A DNA stretch of 64,000 bases. It comes from Macrostomum lignano. Taxonomy: Eukaryota. Each line of letters opens with the position of its first letter. Positions within the stretch are counted from its first letter, which is position 1. Positions 42,957-55,269 of this stretch are shown here, piece by piece. Under the pieces are notes generated by a model, which did no database searches, was not told where the DNA came from, and saw only the letters and a program-made list of their open reading frames with translations. The stretch spans positions 1-64,000 of the forward strand of contig NIVC01002921.1 of the NCBI GenBank assembly GCA_002269645.1, read 5' to 3'. A program made the translations under genes and the position numbers.

Positions 42957-43312
42957 GATTGGTTAGTTAGTTAGATAGTTAGTGAGTTAGCTAGTTAGTT
43001 AGCTAGTTAGTTAGTTAGTGAGTTAGCTAGTTAGTTAGTTAGTTAGTCAGTTAGTTAGTTAGTTAGTCAGTTAGTTAGTTAGCTAGTTAGTTAGCTAGTT
43101 AGTTAGTTAGTTAATTAGTTAGCTAGTTAGTTAGTTAGTAAGGTAGTTAGTTAGTTAGATAGTTAGTTAGTAAGGTAGTTAGTAAATTAGTTAGTTAGTC
43201 AGCTAGTTAGTTAGTTAGTTAATTAGTTAGTTAGTTAGATAGTTAGTAAATTAGTTAGTTAGTCAGCTAGTTAGTTAGTTAGTTAGTTAGTCAGTTAGTT
43301 AGTTAGTTAGTC

Positions 43313-43351
<39 letters not shown>

Positions 43352-43352
43352 C

Positions 43353-43395
<43 letters not shown>

Positions 43396-43451
43396 AAGGT
43401 AGTTAGTTAGTTAGACAGTCAGTTAGTTAGTTAGTTAGTTAGTTAGTAAGG

Positions 43452-43506
<55 letters not shown>

Positions 43507-43535
43507 CTAGTTAGTTAGTTAGTTAGCTAGTTAGC

Positions 43536-43595
<60 letters not shown>

Positions 43596-45087
43596 AAGGT
43601 AGTTAGTTAGTTAGATAGTTAGTTAGTAAGGTAGTTAGTTAGTTAGATAGTTAGTAAATTAGTTAGTTAGTTAGTTAGCTAGTTAGTTAGTACGCGTCAA
43701 TCCTGAGGCTAATTATGCCCTCAAATACCTTTGACTGAGCCCAAGAATCGAACCCAAAGTTTTTGCCTACTTTGCTTCACCTCCCCTCCCCTTCGATAAA
43801 TGAAACCAATATTGGTGTTAAATCTGTATGGTTCTGCAGGTGTAAACAGTAAAGAAATGTAAGAAAAGTTTCCTGTATCTTTTCAGCAGGCGTCAAGCGT
43901 TCGCTGGACCGAGTTCATCAGCCACTGGCCGCTGTGGGCAATCTACATCGCTCACTTCACTATGAACTGGTCTAATTACATCATCATGAACTGGCTGCCC
44001 ACCTACCTGTCCAAGACGTTGGGTGCAGATAAAAATCAGATTATGTTCACCGCTGTGCCGTATATTCTCAACTCTTTTGTTGGCATTGGTTAGTGTGTGT
44101 TAGTTTAATTTTCTTAGTCATAGATGCTTTGAATGCTCCTCGGATTTAGTAACTAACCTCCCAGATCCTCAATTTTTAAGTCACCACCTGCCTTCCAGAT
44201 CTTCAGTTGTTGAGTCACCACCTGCATCCCAAATCCTCAGTTGCTGAGCCACCCGCCACCCTAGCTCTCAGATCCTTAGTTGCTGGGCTACCTGCTACCC
44301 TCCCAGATCCTCAGTTGCTGGGCCACTCGCACCCTCTCAGATCCTCAGTTGCTGGGTTACCTGCCACCCTCCCAGTTCCTCAGTTGCTGGGCTACTTGCC
44401 ACCCTCCCAGATCCTCAGTTGCTGGGCTACTTGCCACCCTCCCAGATCCTCAGCTGCTGGGCCACCCGCCACCCTCTCAGATCCTCAGTTGCTGCGCCAC
44501 TCGCACCCTCCCAGATCCTCAGTTGCTGCGCCACTCGCACCCTCCCAGTTCCTCAGTTGCTGGGCTACTTGCCACCCTCCCAGATCCTCAGCTGCTGGGC
44601 TACCTGCCACCCTCCCAGATCCTCAGCTGCTGGGCTACTTGCCACCCTCCCAGATCCTCATTGCCTCTAGATCCCAGCTTAGCGGTGCGCAATAAAGCTA
44701 GCATTCATATGCCATCGCCAACACTCACAGGCGCGGGCTACTTCTCCGATGCGCTGATCCGGGAACGCTGGACAGCTCTGTCAGTCCGTCGGCTGATGAC
44801 CTTCGTTGGCCTGGTTGGTCCTGGCGTGCTCATTCTGCTGTTCGCCGGCTCCAGCAGCATCGCTCTGGCTGTGCTGTGAGTGCGAGGGGTCATTTTATAT
44901 TCAATTTGTCATCTATTTTAATATTTCTGTTTATATCTTTTGTCATCGAACGGATTAGTTAGAACCACTATGTCGTGTTATCAGCTGATTCAGCTGCGTT
45001 GGATTAATGGTTCTCTACATTGTGTCAGTAGGTTGACCTGTCAGTGGGTCAATTTGTCAGCTGATTTATTAGTCAGTCAGTCAGTCA

Positions 45088-45133
<46 letters not shown>

Positions 45134-45318
45134 GTGTCTGTCTGTCTGTCTGTCTGTCCTAGTGTCTGTCTGTCTGTCCTAGTGTCTGTCTGTCTGTCCT
45201 AGTGTCTGTCTGTCTGTCCTAGTGTCTGTCTGTCTGTCCTAGTGTCTGTCTGTCTGTCCTAGTGTCTGTCTCTCTGTCTGTCTGTCTTAGTGTCTGTCTG
45301 TCTTAGTGTCTGTCTGAC

Positions 45319-45374
<56 letters not shown>

Positions 45375-45696
45375 AGTATTTCGGTGCTCCGTTGCACAAC
45401 CGCGAATCCCCTCGCAACTCTTCAGCTTCATCTCCCTATCTATGGGCCTGTCCGCCTGCAACTCGTCCGGCCACCTGGCCAATCACGCCGAGGTGGCGCC
45501 TGGCCACGCTGGCATCACTTTCGCCGTGTCCAACGCGCTGGCAACGATACCCGGGGTGCTGTGCGGCCCGCTCACAGCTGAGCTGGTCACTAAGAGCGGC
45601 GGTCGCTGGTTCCCAGTGTACATTCTGGCCGGACTCATGAATCTGGTTGGCGCTGTTGTCTACGTTAGCCAGAGCTCCGCTACCCAGCTGCTGTGA
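41969..45696 (+). CDS. SLC17-family MFS anion transporter (SLC17A9/PHT4-like, about 436 aa, 4 exons)
   Basis: Exons 41969-42661, 43887-44088, 44731-44875, 45426-45696 with GT-AG ends and consistent phases. Motifs [42 protein letters not shown]...SNALATIPG. The exact orthologue is uncertain. Confidence 0.85.
42666..43692. repeat. (TTAG)n microsatellite in SLC17 intron 1
   Basis: About 1 kb TTAG run starting right after the donor site. Confidence 0.97.
44155..44665. repeat. 35-bp minisatellite in SLC17 intron 2 (same family as 10927-11763, opposite strand)
   Basis: Unit CCCAGATCCTCAGTTGCTGGGCTACTTGCCACCCT. Confidence 0.93.
45075..45375. repeat. (GTCT)n microsatellite in SLC17 intron 3
   Basis: Direct tandem run with CTAGT/TTAGT variants. 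Confidence 0.95.
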
Positions 45697-45837
45697 TTGC
45701 CGGCGTGGTGTGATGAAACTTTTCTGTCTCTGGCTGCGTAGCAACAGCTTTATTTACCTTTAATATAAGCTTAGCTTCACTTTTTAATATTGCGTGTGGC
45801 ATTTCGCTAAGTTTAAAAGGGCTTGTGGCTTCTGTGG

Positions 45838-46120
45838 TGAGATGGGAGAAGAGATGGTGAATAAGAGAGGTTAGAGAGGGTGAGAGATGGTGAATGAAAG
45901 GGGGTGAGGGATGGGGAATGAGAGAGGGTTAGAAATTGTGAATGAGAGGGTTGAGAGATGGTGAATGAAAGGGGGTGAGGGATGGGGAATGAGAAAGAGG
46001 GTGAGAGATTGTGAATGAGAGGGTTGAGAGATTGTGAATGAAAGAGGGTGAATGAGAGAGGGTGAGAGATTGTGAATGAGAGAGGGGATGAGAGTGGAGA
46101 GATGGTGAATGAGAGAGAGA
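45838..46120. repeat. GA-rich degenerate repeat (GAGATGGTGAATGAGAGAGG-like)
   Basis: Purine-rich low-complexity tandem units. Confidence 0.8.
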
Positions 46121-46126
46121 CTGAGA

Positions 46127-46485
46127 TTTTTTTATTAGAGGCAGGGGGGTTGTGTGCACCCTGGCGCACTTTAAGCGACATAGGCACACAACCGGCGAGA
46201 GGCATTACTGCCCATTCCGCCGACTCCCCTGAGCAGGCATACAAGCGCGCGGATACGTACGCAGGCACACACTCACACAGGAGTGTACAGCGGCCCTAAC
46301 TTTATTTTTATCGTTAGGCATGTACACTTCACTGCGCCTTGGGGGTTGGCTCTCAAGGCCGTTAATTTCACGAGCAGAGCCAAGCCGAGATTCCAATTCA
46401 GCCCCAAATTAATGTGACTGCACTTGGAATCGAGCCTGGGTCGCTGGCACACCAGAGCAGATGCGCTACCGCTGGGCTACGGCCC
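46127..46485 (-). mobile_element. Full-length tRNA-derived SINE (about 360 bp)
   Basis: Minus strand: A-box TAGCCCAGCGG, B-box GGCTCGATTCC, a body shared with the copy at 53020-53280, and an A-rich 3' end (AATAAAAAAAT). Confidence 0.75.
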
Positions 46486-47040
46486 CCCGAAAGAATGAGA
46501 TATGTTGAGATGTTTAAATACATATGTATAGTAATAGCCCAAGGAAATAGATTTATTACACAGGGGTAGTTACCATGACAACAGGAATTAAGCCACTAAG
46601 TAATGGCCTATTGATCATCCGCACTGCCCCCCCCCCACCTCTAGATAGCTCGATTGCCTGCAAAGCCCGTAATTGCAGTTTTAATTGGCCCTAATTCGCC
46701 TCATACCTGGTAGGATACCTGGGCCGCTCGCTCCGCACATTTTAATTGCTGTGATGCACCTGCTGTTGCCTGAATAATGTTGCTTTGATGTCAGTTCCCG
46801 TTTATTTGCATGTACATTAATTTTCTGTTAGTGTGTGCCTGCTGCGCTGCACACTGCAAATATCATTTGCGTTTTATTATCGTTTTATTAAGGTAGCTTA
46901 TCGGATAGACTTGATTCATTTGCACTTGCGTTCGGCTTCTAATAGAGTTTAATAGAGCGACCCTTTTTTGAAAATCTCTTGATCACAAATTTTTAATTTT
47001 TAACTGAGCCATGAACAAATTCTATAAGTTCATATTATTG

Positions 47041-47660
47041 ATAAATGGCACTCTGCTATTCAAAAATGGCACTCTGCTATTCAAAAATGGCACTGTGCTA
47101 TTCAAAAATGGCACTCTGCTATTCAAAAATGGCACTGTGCTATTCAAAAATGGCACTCTGCTATTCAAAAATGGCACTGTGCTATTCAAAAATGGCACTC
47201 TGCTATTCAAAAATGGCACTCTGCTATTCAAAAATGGCACTGTGCTATTCAAAAATGGCACTCTGCTATTCAAAAATGGCACTGTGCTATTCAAAAATGG
47301 CACTCTGCTATTCAAAAATGGCACTGTGCTATTCAAAAATGGCACTCTGCTATTCAAAAATGGCACTGTGCTATTCAAAAATGGCACTCTGCTATTCAAA
47401 AATGGCACTGTGCTATTCAAAAATGGCACTCTGCTATTCAAAAATGGAACTCTGCTATTCAAAAATGGCACTCTGCTATTCAAAAATGGCACTGTGCTAT
47501 TCAAAAATGGCACTCTGCTATTCAAAAATGGCACTCTGCTATTCAAAAATGGCAATCTGCTATTAAAAAATGGCACTCTGCTATTAAAAAATGGCAATCT
47601 GCTATTAAAAAATGGCACTCTGCTATTCAAAAATGGCAATCTGCTATTAATAAATGGCAC
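47041..47660. repeat. 21-bp minisatellite (AAAAATGGCACTCTGCTATTC)
   Basis: Period 21; explains ORFs 47011-47862. Confidence 0.97.
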
Positions 47661-48029
47661 TCTTGCTACCCATAAGCGACATATACTATTAATAATAGAA
47701 ATGGCAGATTTAGACAAAGCTTTGTTTTCATCAAAAAAAGTAATTAAACAATATTGCTTTGAGCTCCTCGTCAATGCTCATATAATAGACAAGCTGTTGA
47801 AACCCGCGGATTTTGAACCCGGGGAACTCCATTCCCCGGAATTATTTTTGCATGTATTCTAAAATCTGAGGTAAAACTTAAACAAAAACTTGTTCCCTTG
47901 TTAATAGTTAGGATAGAGTTAAACATAAAGTAGTGCACATTCATGTAAAATTAGGATTTGAGGCAAACATTGATATGGTTGGCTGGGGTGCTGCGCAGAA
48001 TGTCAGGCAAACTCTGGCCTTTACGTACC

Positions 48030-49500
48030 TCTGCCTCTCCCTATGTCCTTTGCATCCTTTGAAACTTCCATCTTCTTTTCTGTTTCCTATCTTCTCTCTC
48101 GTCTCTTCTTTTTCTCCCCTCTTATCTCTTCTTTCTTCTCTCCTCTCTCGTCTCTTCTCTCGTCTCTTCTCTCATCTCTTCCCTCTCCACTCTATTCTTT
48201 TCTCTCTCTTCTCTCTTCGCTCTGGTCTCTGGTCTCTCATATCTCCTTTCTCCTGTTTTATCTTTTCTCATTTCTCTCTGCTCTCTACTCTCTCTTCCCT
48301 CACCTCTCTTCTCACTCCTTACTCTACCCTCTCTCAACACTTTCCTTATCTCTACTCTCTCCTTTTTCCTCTCTTCTCTCAACTCTTTCCTCTCCTCTGT
48401 CCACTCTCTCCTCTCATCTCTCTGCTCTCTCCTATCCTATCTCTCTTCTCTCTCTTCTCTCCCCTCTTTCCTCTCCTCCCTCGTCCTTTTCACCAATTTC
48501 CCCTGTCCTCTCGATTCTCTCCCTTCCCCTCCTCTCTCCTCACTCACTTCTCATCTCTCCTCTTTTCTCTCTATTCCCCATCTCTCGTCTGTTCACTCTC
48601 GTTTCTGCTCTCATCTCCCCTCTCTTATCTGTCATCTTTACTCTCATATGTTCTCTCACCTCTCTCCCCTTGTACTCCTCTCTTTCCCCTTTTTGACTCA
48701 GGAGGACTCGATCCTTTCTTCTTTCTTCTCGTCTCTTCTCTTCTCTCTTCTATACTCTCTCCCTCTCTTGTCTTCTCTCTTCTCTCTCACTCTCCTCTCT
48801 CCTCTCTTATATCGTCTGTTTACTCTCATCTTTGCTCTCTCATTTCCCTCTCTCTTCTGTCATCTCTACTCTCCTCTCTACTGTGTACTCTTCTCTTTCC
48901 CCTCTTCTGACTCCTCTCTTTCCTTACTCCTCTCTTCTCTTCCCTCTTCTATACTCTCTCCCCTCTATTCTCTTTTCTCGTCTCTCCGCACTCTGCTCTC
49001 TCTTCCTTCATCTCTCATCTCTACTCTACTCTCTCATATTTCCTTTCATCTCACTCATCTCTACAATCTCATCTCTTTCCTCTCTCCTCCTCTTCCCTTT
49101 ACTCTATCATCTCTCCTTTGTCCTCTCTTCTTTCTCAACTCTCTCTCTCTCATCTCTATCTTCTCTCTTCTCACTCGTCTCTCCCCCTTTTATCTCCTCC
49201 CCTCTATCCTTTCTAATCCCCCCTCTCGATACTCTCATCTCCTCTTTGTTCTCTCCTCTCACTCTTCTCTACTCTCCTCTCTCATCGATCCTCTGTCTCA
49301 TCTCTCCCCTCTTCTCTCTCCATCTTCTCACCTCTACTATTTCCTCTCCCTTCTCTCTCCCCTCCTCTCGCTTCTTCGTCCCATATTCTCTGCTCTCTCC
49401 TCAACCTCCTCGTACGTCTTTCCTGTTATCTTCTATCTTTTCTTTTATCCCCTCTCGCCCCTCCTCCCTTTCTAATAGTCTATTCCTTTTCCTTTTCACT
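48030..49500. repeat. About 1.5-kb CT-rich polypyrimidine low-complexity tract
   Basis: The plus strand is almost devoid of G; explains the L/S/P-rich ORFs. Confidence 0.95.
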
Positions 49501-50009
49501 CTCATATGGCCCGTAGCTGCCGATCTGCCGATCCCTGCTTCGAAAGCCAGTTTGTGGGACGTAGTACTATCATGGTTGTTATCATTTCTCATGCTTTAAT
49601 AACGTCATCTTTCTGGTCAATTAGCAGCCCTGAGAGAAATTTGTATATCTCCAGCTCCACCACCACAGTCTGCAGCAGTCTAACAACCATGGAAATACGC
49701 ATTTCTTAGGAGGCCATTTAAATTTTAAAGTACCTTATGCGAATCCTAATGTTAAAAATTTCATGGTGTAACTAATTTAGTAGGATTGCATTGTAATCTG
49801 TTATTCATCAATTTTTCGATATTTTTACAAACCATCCCACATCGCCTTGATTTGCCATCCTTGTTTAACTGCTGCAGACTTGTCTATACAGAGGACAGTA
49901 GTTTGAATCTCTCGCTAAACTGTCTCCTCTCCACGCCTTTCCACTCGCGGGGTACAGAGAAGGCTATTAAAAAGTTATTCCAAAACACTGTTCATTCGCT
50001 ATGTACATT

Positions 50010-50700
50010 GAGCCCTATCGCCTGACCCTTCGTCTGGACTGCGGGAATGAGTGAGTTGAGCGCCACAAACAACAGAAAAAGCAGACAAACTTCACATGCT
50101 TACAGTTTCTTTTTCGGTCGAGTTACAAAGTTGAAACTTTACATTTAGACAGAGAATGGGTCAATGAAGAATTTTGTCAGGTTTGAAGTCAATCGCTTTA
50201 CGTGGAGCAAACTTATGGCAGCTGAAAGTTAGTCAATTTTGAAACCCTTTTACACATCTGGGCCCAGATCGGTATCGGGAAAGAGAGGCAGGCGGGCGGA
50301 GGTTGGGGTGGTTGCTACGCTGAAAAAAACAGCCTAATTTTAAAAGTGCACAGCACCGCTCAGAATTAACTTTGAGACTCGAAATTTTACATGATTGTGC
50401 CAAAATAGTTAAAGATTATCTGTGTCAAATTTGAAGAGAATCGGTAGAAGTGGAGCGGCGCTATGGAGGATTAAGTGAAAAAATCGCGCATTTTGAGCAG
50501 TTTTTTGCACTTTTAGGTAGGAAGACTCAAATTTAGGGAATTTTAAGGTAGCCTAAGACATTCTCCGTAGTAAGTTTAGGGTGGGTGTAAAGTTTGGTGT
50601 CATTTGGTTGAGCGGTTTGGGAGTCCATAGCGATCAAAATTGTCCACACACAGACAGACACACACACACACAGAGTTTTGATTTTTATATGTAGAGATAG
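50010..50700 (+). mobile_element. Possible non-autonomous DINE-1/HINE-like interspersed repeat
   Basis: Ends with CACACAGACAGACACACAC...GATTTTTATATGTAGAGAT, a layout typical of Helentron-associated elements. The 5' boundary is uncertain. Confidence 0.3.
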
Positions 50701-51065
50701 TAAGCACTTTTAAACTTCGGACGCGAGGCGTTGTATACAAAAAAAGTAAATGCACATATTTTATGATTATTCGTATGCTTTTCCTAGAAACTACCTGCAG
50801 TTAATTATTATTCAATCATTTTATTTTGTACTGTCTATGCTAATTTAACACTGGCTGATAAATGCTGCTGTTTTAAATTACATGTAATTACAATGGACTT
50901 CAATTATTGTTCCTATGAACCATTTTTCGACTAAAGTTGCTACACCGCCTGTTGCTCAGTTTTATTTATGCACTGCATAATTTCACACCCCGATTTAGTT
51001 AGGGCTCACCTTTCAATCGGCGTTTCAATCTGTAGTATTCCTAATAGTTGATGAGGCTTTTGTCT

Positions 51066-51835
51066 AGGTCATTGCGATTATGGTCATTCACGATGGTCAT
51101 TGCGATAATGGTCATTCACAATGCAGAACAGGTCATTGCGATAATGGTCATTCACAATGGTCATTGCGATAATGGTCATTCACAATGCAGATCGGGTCAT
51201 TGCGATAATGGTCATTCAAAATAGACTGGGTCATTGCGATAATAGTCATTCAAAATAGACTGGTTCATTGCGATAATGGTCATTCACAATAGACTGGGTC
51301 ATTGCAATTAGGGTCATTCACAATGCAGAACAGGTCATTGCGATAATGGTCATTCAAAATAGACTGGGTCATTGCGATAATTGTCATTCAAAATAGACTG
51401 TGTCATTGCGATAATGGTCATTCACAATAGACTGGGTCATTGCGATAATGGTCATTCACAATAGACTGGGTCATTGCGATAATGGTCATTCACAATAGAC
51501 TGGGTCATTGCGATAATAGTCATTCACAATAGACTGGGTCATTGCGATAATTGTCATTCACAATAGACTGGGTCATTGCGATAATGGTCATTCACAGTAG
51601 ACTGGGTCATTGCGATAATTTTCATTCAAAATAGACTGGGTCATTGCGATAATTGTCATTCAAAATAGACTGTGTCATTGCGATAATGGTCATTCACAAT
51701 AGACTGGGTCATTGCGATAATGGTCATTCACAATAGACTGGGTCATTGCGATAATGGTCATTCATAATAGACTGGGTCATTGCGATAATGGTCATTCACA
51801 ATAGACTGTGTCATTGCTATAATGGTCATTCACTG
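51066..51835. repeat. 34-bp minisatellite (GGTCATTGCGATAATGGTCATTCACAATAGACTG)
   Basis: Period 34, built from two GGTCATT half-units. Confidence 0.95.
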
Positions 51836-51960
51836 CAGAGGCAGGGTTATATATTGCAAATAGCCAAAGCCTAGGATATATCAAGGATTACCTGGGTTAA
51901 TACTTATACAATTTATTCCTTAGTAGCAGATTCAGCACATTTGCTGCCAATTTGCTGCAG

Positions 51961-54056
51961 TCCGCCACGCGGAGACCTCGGCGCCAGCGCCAGCAGCAGC
52001 AGCAATACAGCGGCGGAGGCGGCCAGGATTTGCACTTTTGCACCGCCTGTCGGCACGTCTTCTTTCGCCGCGTCGACTTCCTTCTGCACCGTCGGTCCGG
52101 CTCCGACTGTCGCAGTGTCGACGATGCAGACGACTTGGACGATGCCGAAGGTGCTCAGTGCGAATACTGCCTGGCCAGCTTCATCACCCAGACTGAGCTG
52201 TTAAGCCATCGCTTCGCCGAGCACGAGTCAAACCACGTCTGGTGTCCGACATGCGAGCTGCTTTTCAGCTCCAGGCTGATGTTCAGCCGCCACGTCGACT
52301 GCCATCGGGCTGTCGCAGCCGCCGCCGGGTCTGACGTCGCGCCCGGCCTCGACGAGTTGATCGCCGACTCGCACGAAGGTCATCGCCATTTTGCGCAGCG
52401 CCTGACCGTGTGCCGCTACTGCGAGTTCACCTGCCAGCAGGGCGCCGAACTCGCCGACCACGTCGAAACTGAGCATGTCGACGACTCCACCTACTGGCTG
52501 GCGCCGTTGACTCAGCCCGACTGTCTGGACGCCTGGCTGCGATTCCTCGACTGCCGGGCCGGCTGCGGCGCCAGCGCGGCCGCCTGCGGCATCTGCGGCG
52601 ACTGGATCCGACTGGGCGCCTCTGGCGACCCCGAGCCGCTGTTCCTTCATCTGCTGCGCTCGCACCACCCGGCCGAGCTGGCCGGCCGCGCCTTCCGCTG
52701 CGTCGCCTGCCCGGCCGCCAGCCACACGGCCGCCGCCGCCGCGTCGCATTTCTGGCTGTGCCACTGCCAGCGGCACCGGACCCGCTGCCCCCGCTGCTGC
52801 CGCATGGTGGCCCAGGGCGGCCGGCACAGCTGCCAGCATCGGTTGGCTGGCGACCGGCGGCTCTGTCTGGGCTGCGGTCGCGAGTTCGCGTCGCTTAGCG
52901 CCCTACGTCAGCACCGCCTGCGTCCCGGCGATCCTGCCGTGGCCGCGGCTTGTCGAGCGGCCGCCTCGAGGTGCGTAGCGTTGTGTGCAAGACGAAACAG
53001 CTAAGCCGATCTTCCGCGTCCTTTTTGGATTCGCATGGAAGTCCCAATTGATCCCTTTTAATCCCACAACCAGCGATGAGCCAACACAGTACACAGGCAC
53101 CACTCATACACACGCTCACACAGGGTGTACAGCGGTCGTGACTTTCTAATCGTGAGGCATGTACACTCTCTGTGCCTTTGGGAGGTTGGCCCTCATAGCT
53201 GTGAATCGCACGACAGCCTCAAATAAATTTGTTTGCGCGCGGAATCGAACCAGGGCTTGCGATGCCAATAAGCTTTAGCATGTTTTTCACCCCTCTCCAA
53301 TGTCGCAGGCCACGCCGAGTCAGAGCCTGCGAGCACTGCGGCCGGCGCTTCCTACACCGGGCCAACCTGTTGCGGCACCGGCGGATCCACGCAGCCAGCC
53401 GGCTCTACCGCTGCCCGCACTGCGCCTCGGCCTTCTCGGACGTCAGCAACCTGGCTAAACACGCCCGCTGCCGGCATCCGGGTAGGCCGCTGCTCACCTG
53501 CCACCTGTGCCGCCAGTTCGCCTGCGACCGCGTGCCGGAGATGCGCGCCCATCTGGCCCACTGCCACTCCGACAGCGTCTGTCCGGCCGACCTGCGCCGC
53601 GTTCTTCGATTCCTCGGCCTCGTTGCCGACGATGCCGCCGGCCGCAGCGCCGCCAACGCGTCAGCCGACGTTCCCGAGGGCGGCCGGGTGGCGCCGGTTC
53701 GCGAGCGCCGCTCCCGGATGTCGGCGAAACTCGCTGCCGCCGACAATCAGCTTTTACTAGCTGCTCAACCGACGGCATCGACAAAGACGACGGCCGCTAT
53801 TGAAGCCGCCGTGGAGCGAAAGCGGCGAACTGCAACGGCCTACAGCATTGTGCAGATGGGCTGCGCCCTGACTGTGGTGGCCACTGAGCCGGCTGCGGCG
53901 CCAGCAGCTGCTTCTGCCACGGCGGCGGCGATGCCGACAGCATCTGGCGATGTCGACGGAGGTCGCCACGGCGAAGACGACACCAACGTCCAGTCGGACT
54001 TTGAAGGCAATCAGCGACAGACAACGAACTGGTTGACGCTGGAGGATTTAGATTGA
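51961..54056 (+). CDS. Multi-C2H2 zinc-finger protein (5' exon not resolved)
   Basis: Exons about 51961-52970 and 53309-54056 (AG|gtgcgt...cag|G, phase 2). Canonical fingers CEHCGRRFLHRANLLRHRRIH and CPHCASAFSDVSNLAKHARCRH, plus several degenerate CxxC...HxxxH units. There is no early Met, so an upstream exon is required. Confidence 0.75.
53020..53280 (-). mobile_element. Diverged SINE copy filling the zinc-finger intron
   Basis: B-box (plus GGAATCGAACC, 53241-53251). Body CACACAGGGTGTACAGCGG...GGCATGTACACT...GTTGGCCCTCA is colinear with 46270-46360. Confidence 0.6.
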
Positions 54057-54357
54057 ATTGTATTTATTTTGTGCGCAACATTTACTGATGGAATTTGGTA
54101 AACTACGTAATTTTTGCATTTTTAACTGTCGCATTTTTTAACTGACTGACTGGTTGAGCTTCGCTTCATAAAATATAAATGCTTCGTTTTTATGTTGTGC
54201 TGCATTGTTACTTTGATATGGTTCAGGAAGGCCAGTTCCAGTGGGGAATCAGAGCGGGGAGGCCAGTTCCAGCGGGGAATCAGAGCGGGAGGCCAGTTCC
54301 GGTGGGGAATCAAAAGAGATAAGTCAGTTCCAGCGGTCGCACAATTCTTTCCTGCAG

Positions 54358-55143
54358 TCCTCGGTGGGCCGCGGCAAGCTTCAACATCGTCGCCGACGCC
54401 CGCTGGCCGCTCCAGTCGGTACATTGTCGCCGAAAGCGGCGGTAATTTCTATGAAATCGCCAGCCCCGGGCAGGGAAGTCCGACTGCAGTTTCGCTACTA
54501 TCTGGGCGCTCACCTGGCCTCCGTCGGGATGCGCCACCAGGACACCCTGTTGAATCGGACTCTGACGGAGCGGCCGCTGCCTCAGCCGCCGATGCTGTCG
54601 CCTCGCCCGCCAACCACCGCCGTCATCAGGGACCACGCCCAGCTGCAGCCGCCAGCCGCGTCGCCCGATTCTCTCGATCCGCTGACCCAGCAGGGCATTG
54701 TCACCCTGGTGCTCATAGTCAGCCTGTGCACTGTGCTCATGCTGGTATTCTGGAAATTTGTCCGGCATCACAAAGACTTGGCTCTGGAGCGGCACCTACA
54801 GCTGATCGAGCGGGTCCGCTTCCAGCAGGCCCTGCAGGCCCGGCTCCGCTGCTGCGCTGTCGATTTTGACCTCGTCGGACTGGACGGCGTCGGCGGCGGT
54901 AGCGGTGGCACGGCTAACGGCGACTTCAGCCGCCGCCTGCTGCCGCCGCTCCGCTTCTCCGCAGCCACCGCATTCTCATCGTCACTGTTCGATTCGCCCT
55001 ACCGACTGCCGCCTCCGCCGTCGCCGCCGCCGCCCTACGACGTATCGGAGGCGTCGGCCTTTTGCATCGACGGGGGCGGCGGTGCCAGGGGCCGGCCGGC
55101 GCCGCCCGTCAGTCAGTCACCGCCACCGCCGTACACGGCCTGA
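54358..55143 (+). CDS. Small single-pass membrane protein with PPxY motifs
   Basis: Open frame after an acceptor at 54357 (possible ATG at 54451). TM segment GIVTLVLIVSLCTVLMLVFW followed by basic KFVRHHK; tail motifs PPPPYDV and PPPPYTA*. GC-rich codon style like neighbouring genes. Confidence 0.6.
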   Translation, partial: SSVGRGKLQHRRRRPLAAPVGTLSPKAAVISMKSPAPGREVRLQFRYYLGAHLASVGMRHQDTLLNRTLTERPLPQPPMLSPRPPTTAVIRDHAQLQPPAASPDSLDPLTQQGIVTLVLIVSLCTVLMLVFWKFVRHHKDLALERHLQLIERVRFQQALQARLRCCAVDFDLVGLDGVGGGSGGTANGDFSRRLLPPLRFSAATAFSSSLFDSPYRLPPPPSPPPPYDVSEASAFCIDGGGGARGRPAPPVSQSPPPPYTA

Positions 55144-55269
55144 CCGGATGGAGCTGTTTGACTCAGATGTGTGAAGTTTGCTATGGCACTCTGTGCTTGT
55201 TCTGTGTTTATTCACATTAGCCAAGCTGTGGGCTTGGCAGGTCCCGGGTTTTGTGCAGCCTGACGAATT

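Noticed and set aside
47933-49599. Long Leu/Ser/Pro-rich ORFs
   Set aside because: Artefact of the CT-rich tract, which lacks stop codons.
49500-49710. Unique-looking sequence after the CT tract as a possible exon
   Set aside because: Only short frames, no recognisable motif and no consistent splice partners.
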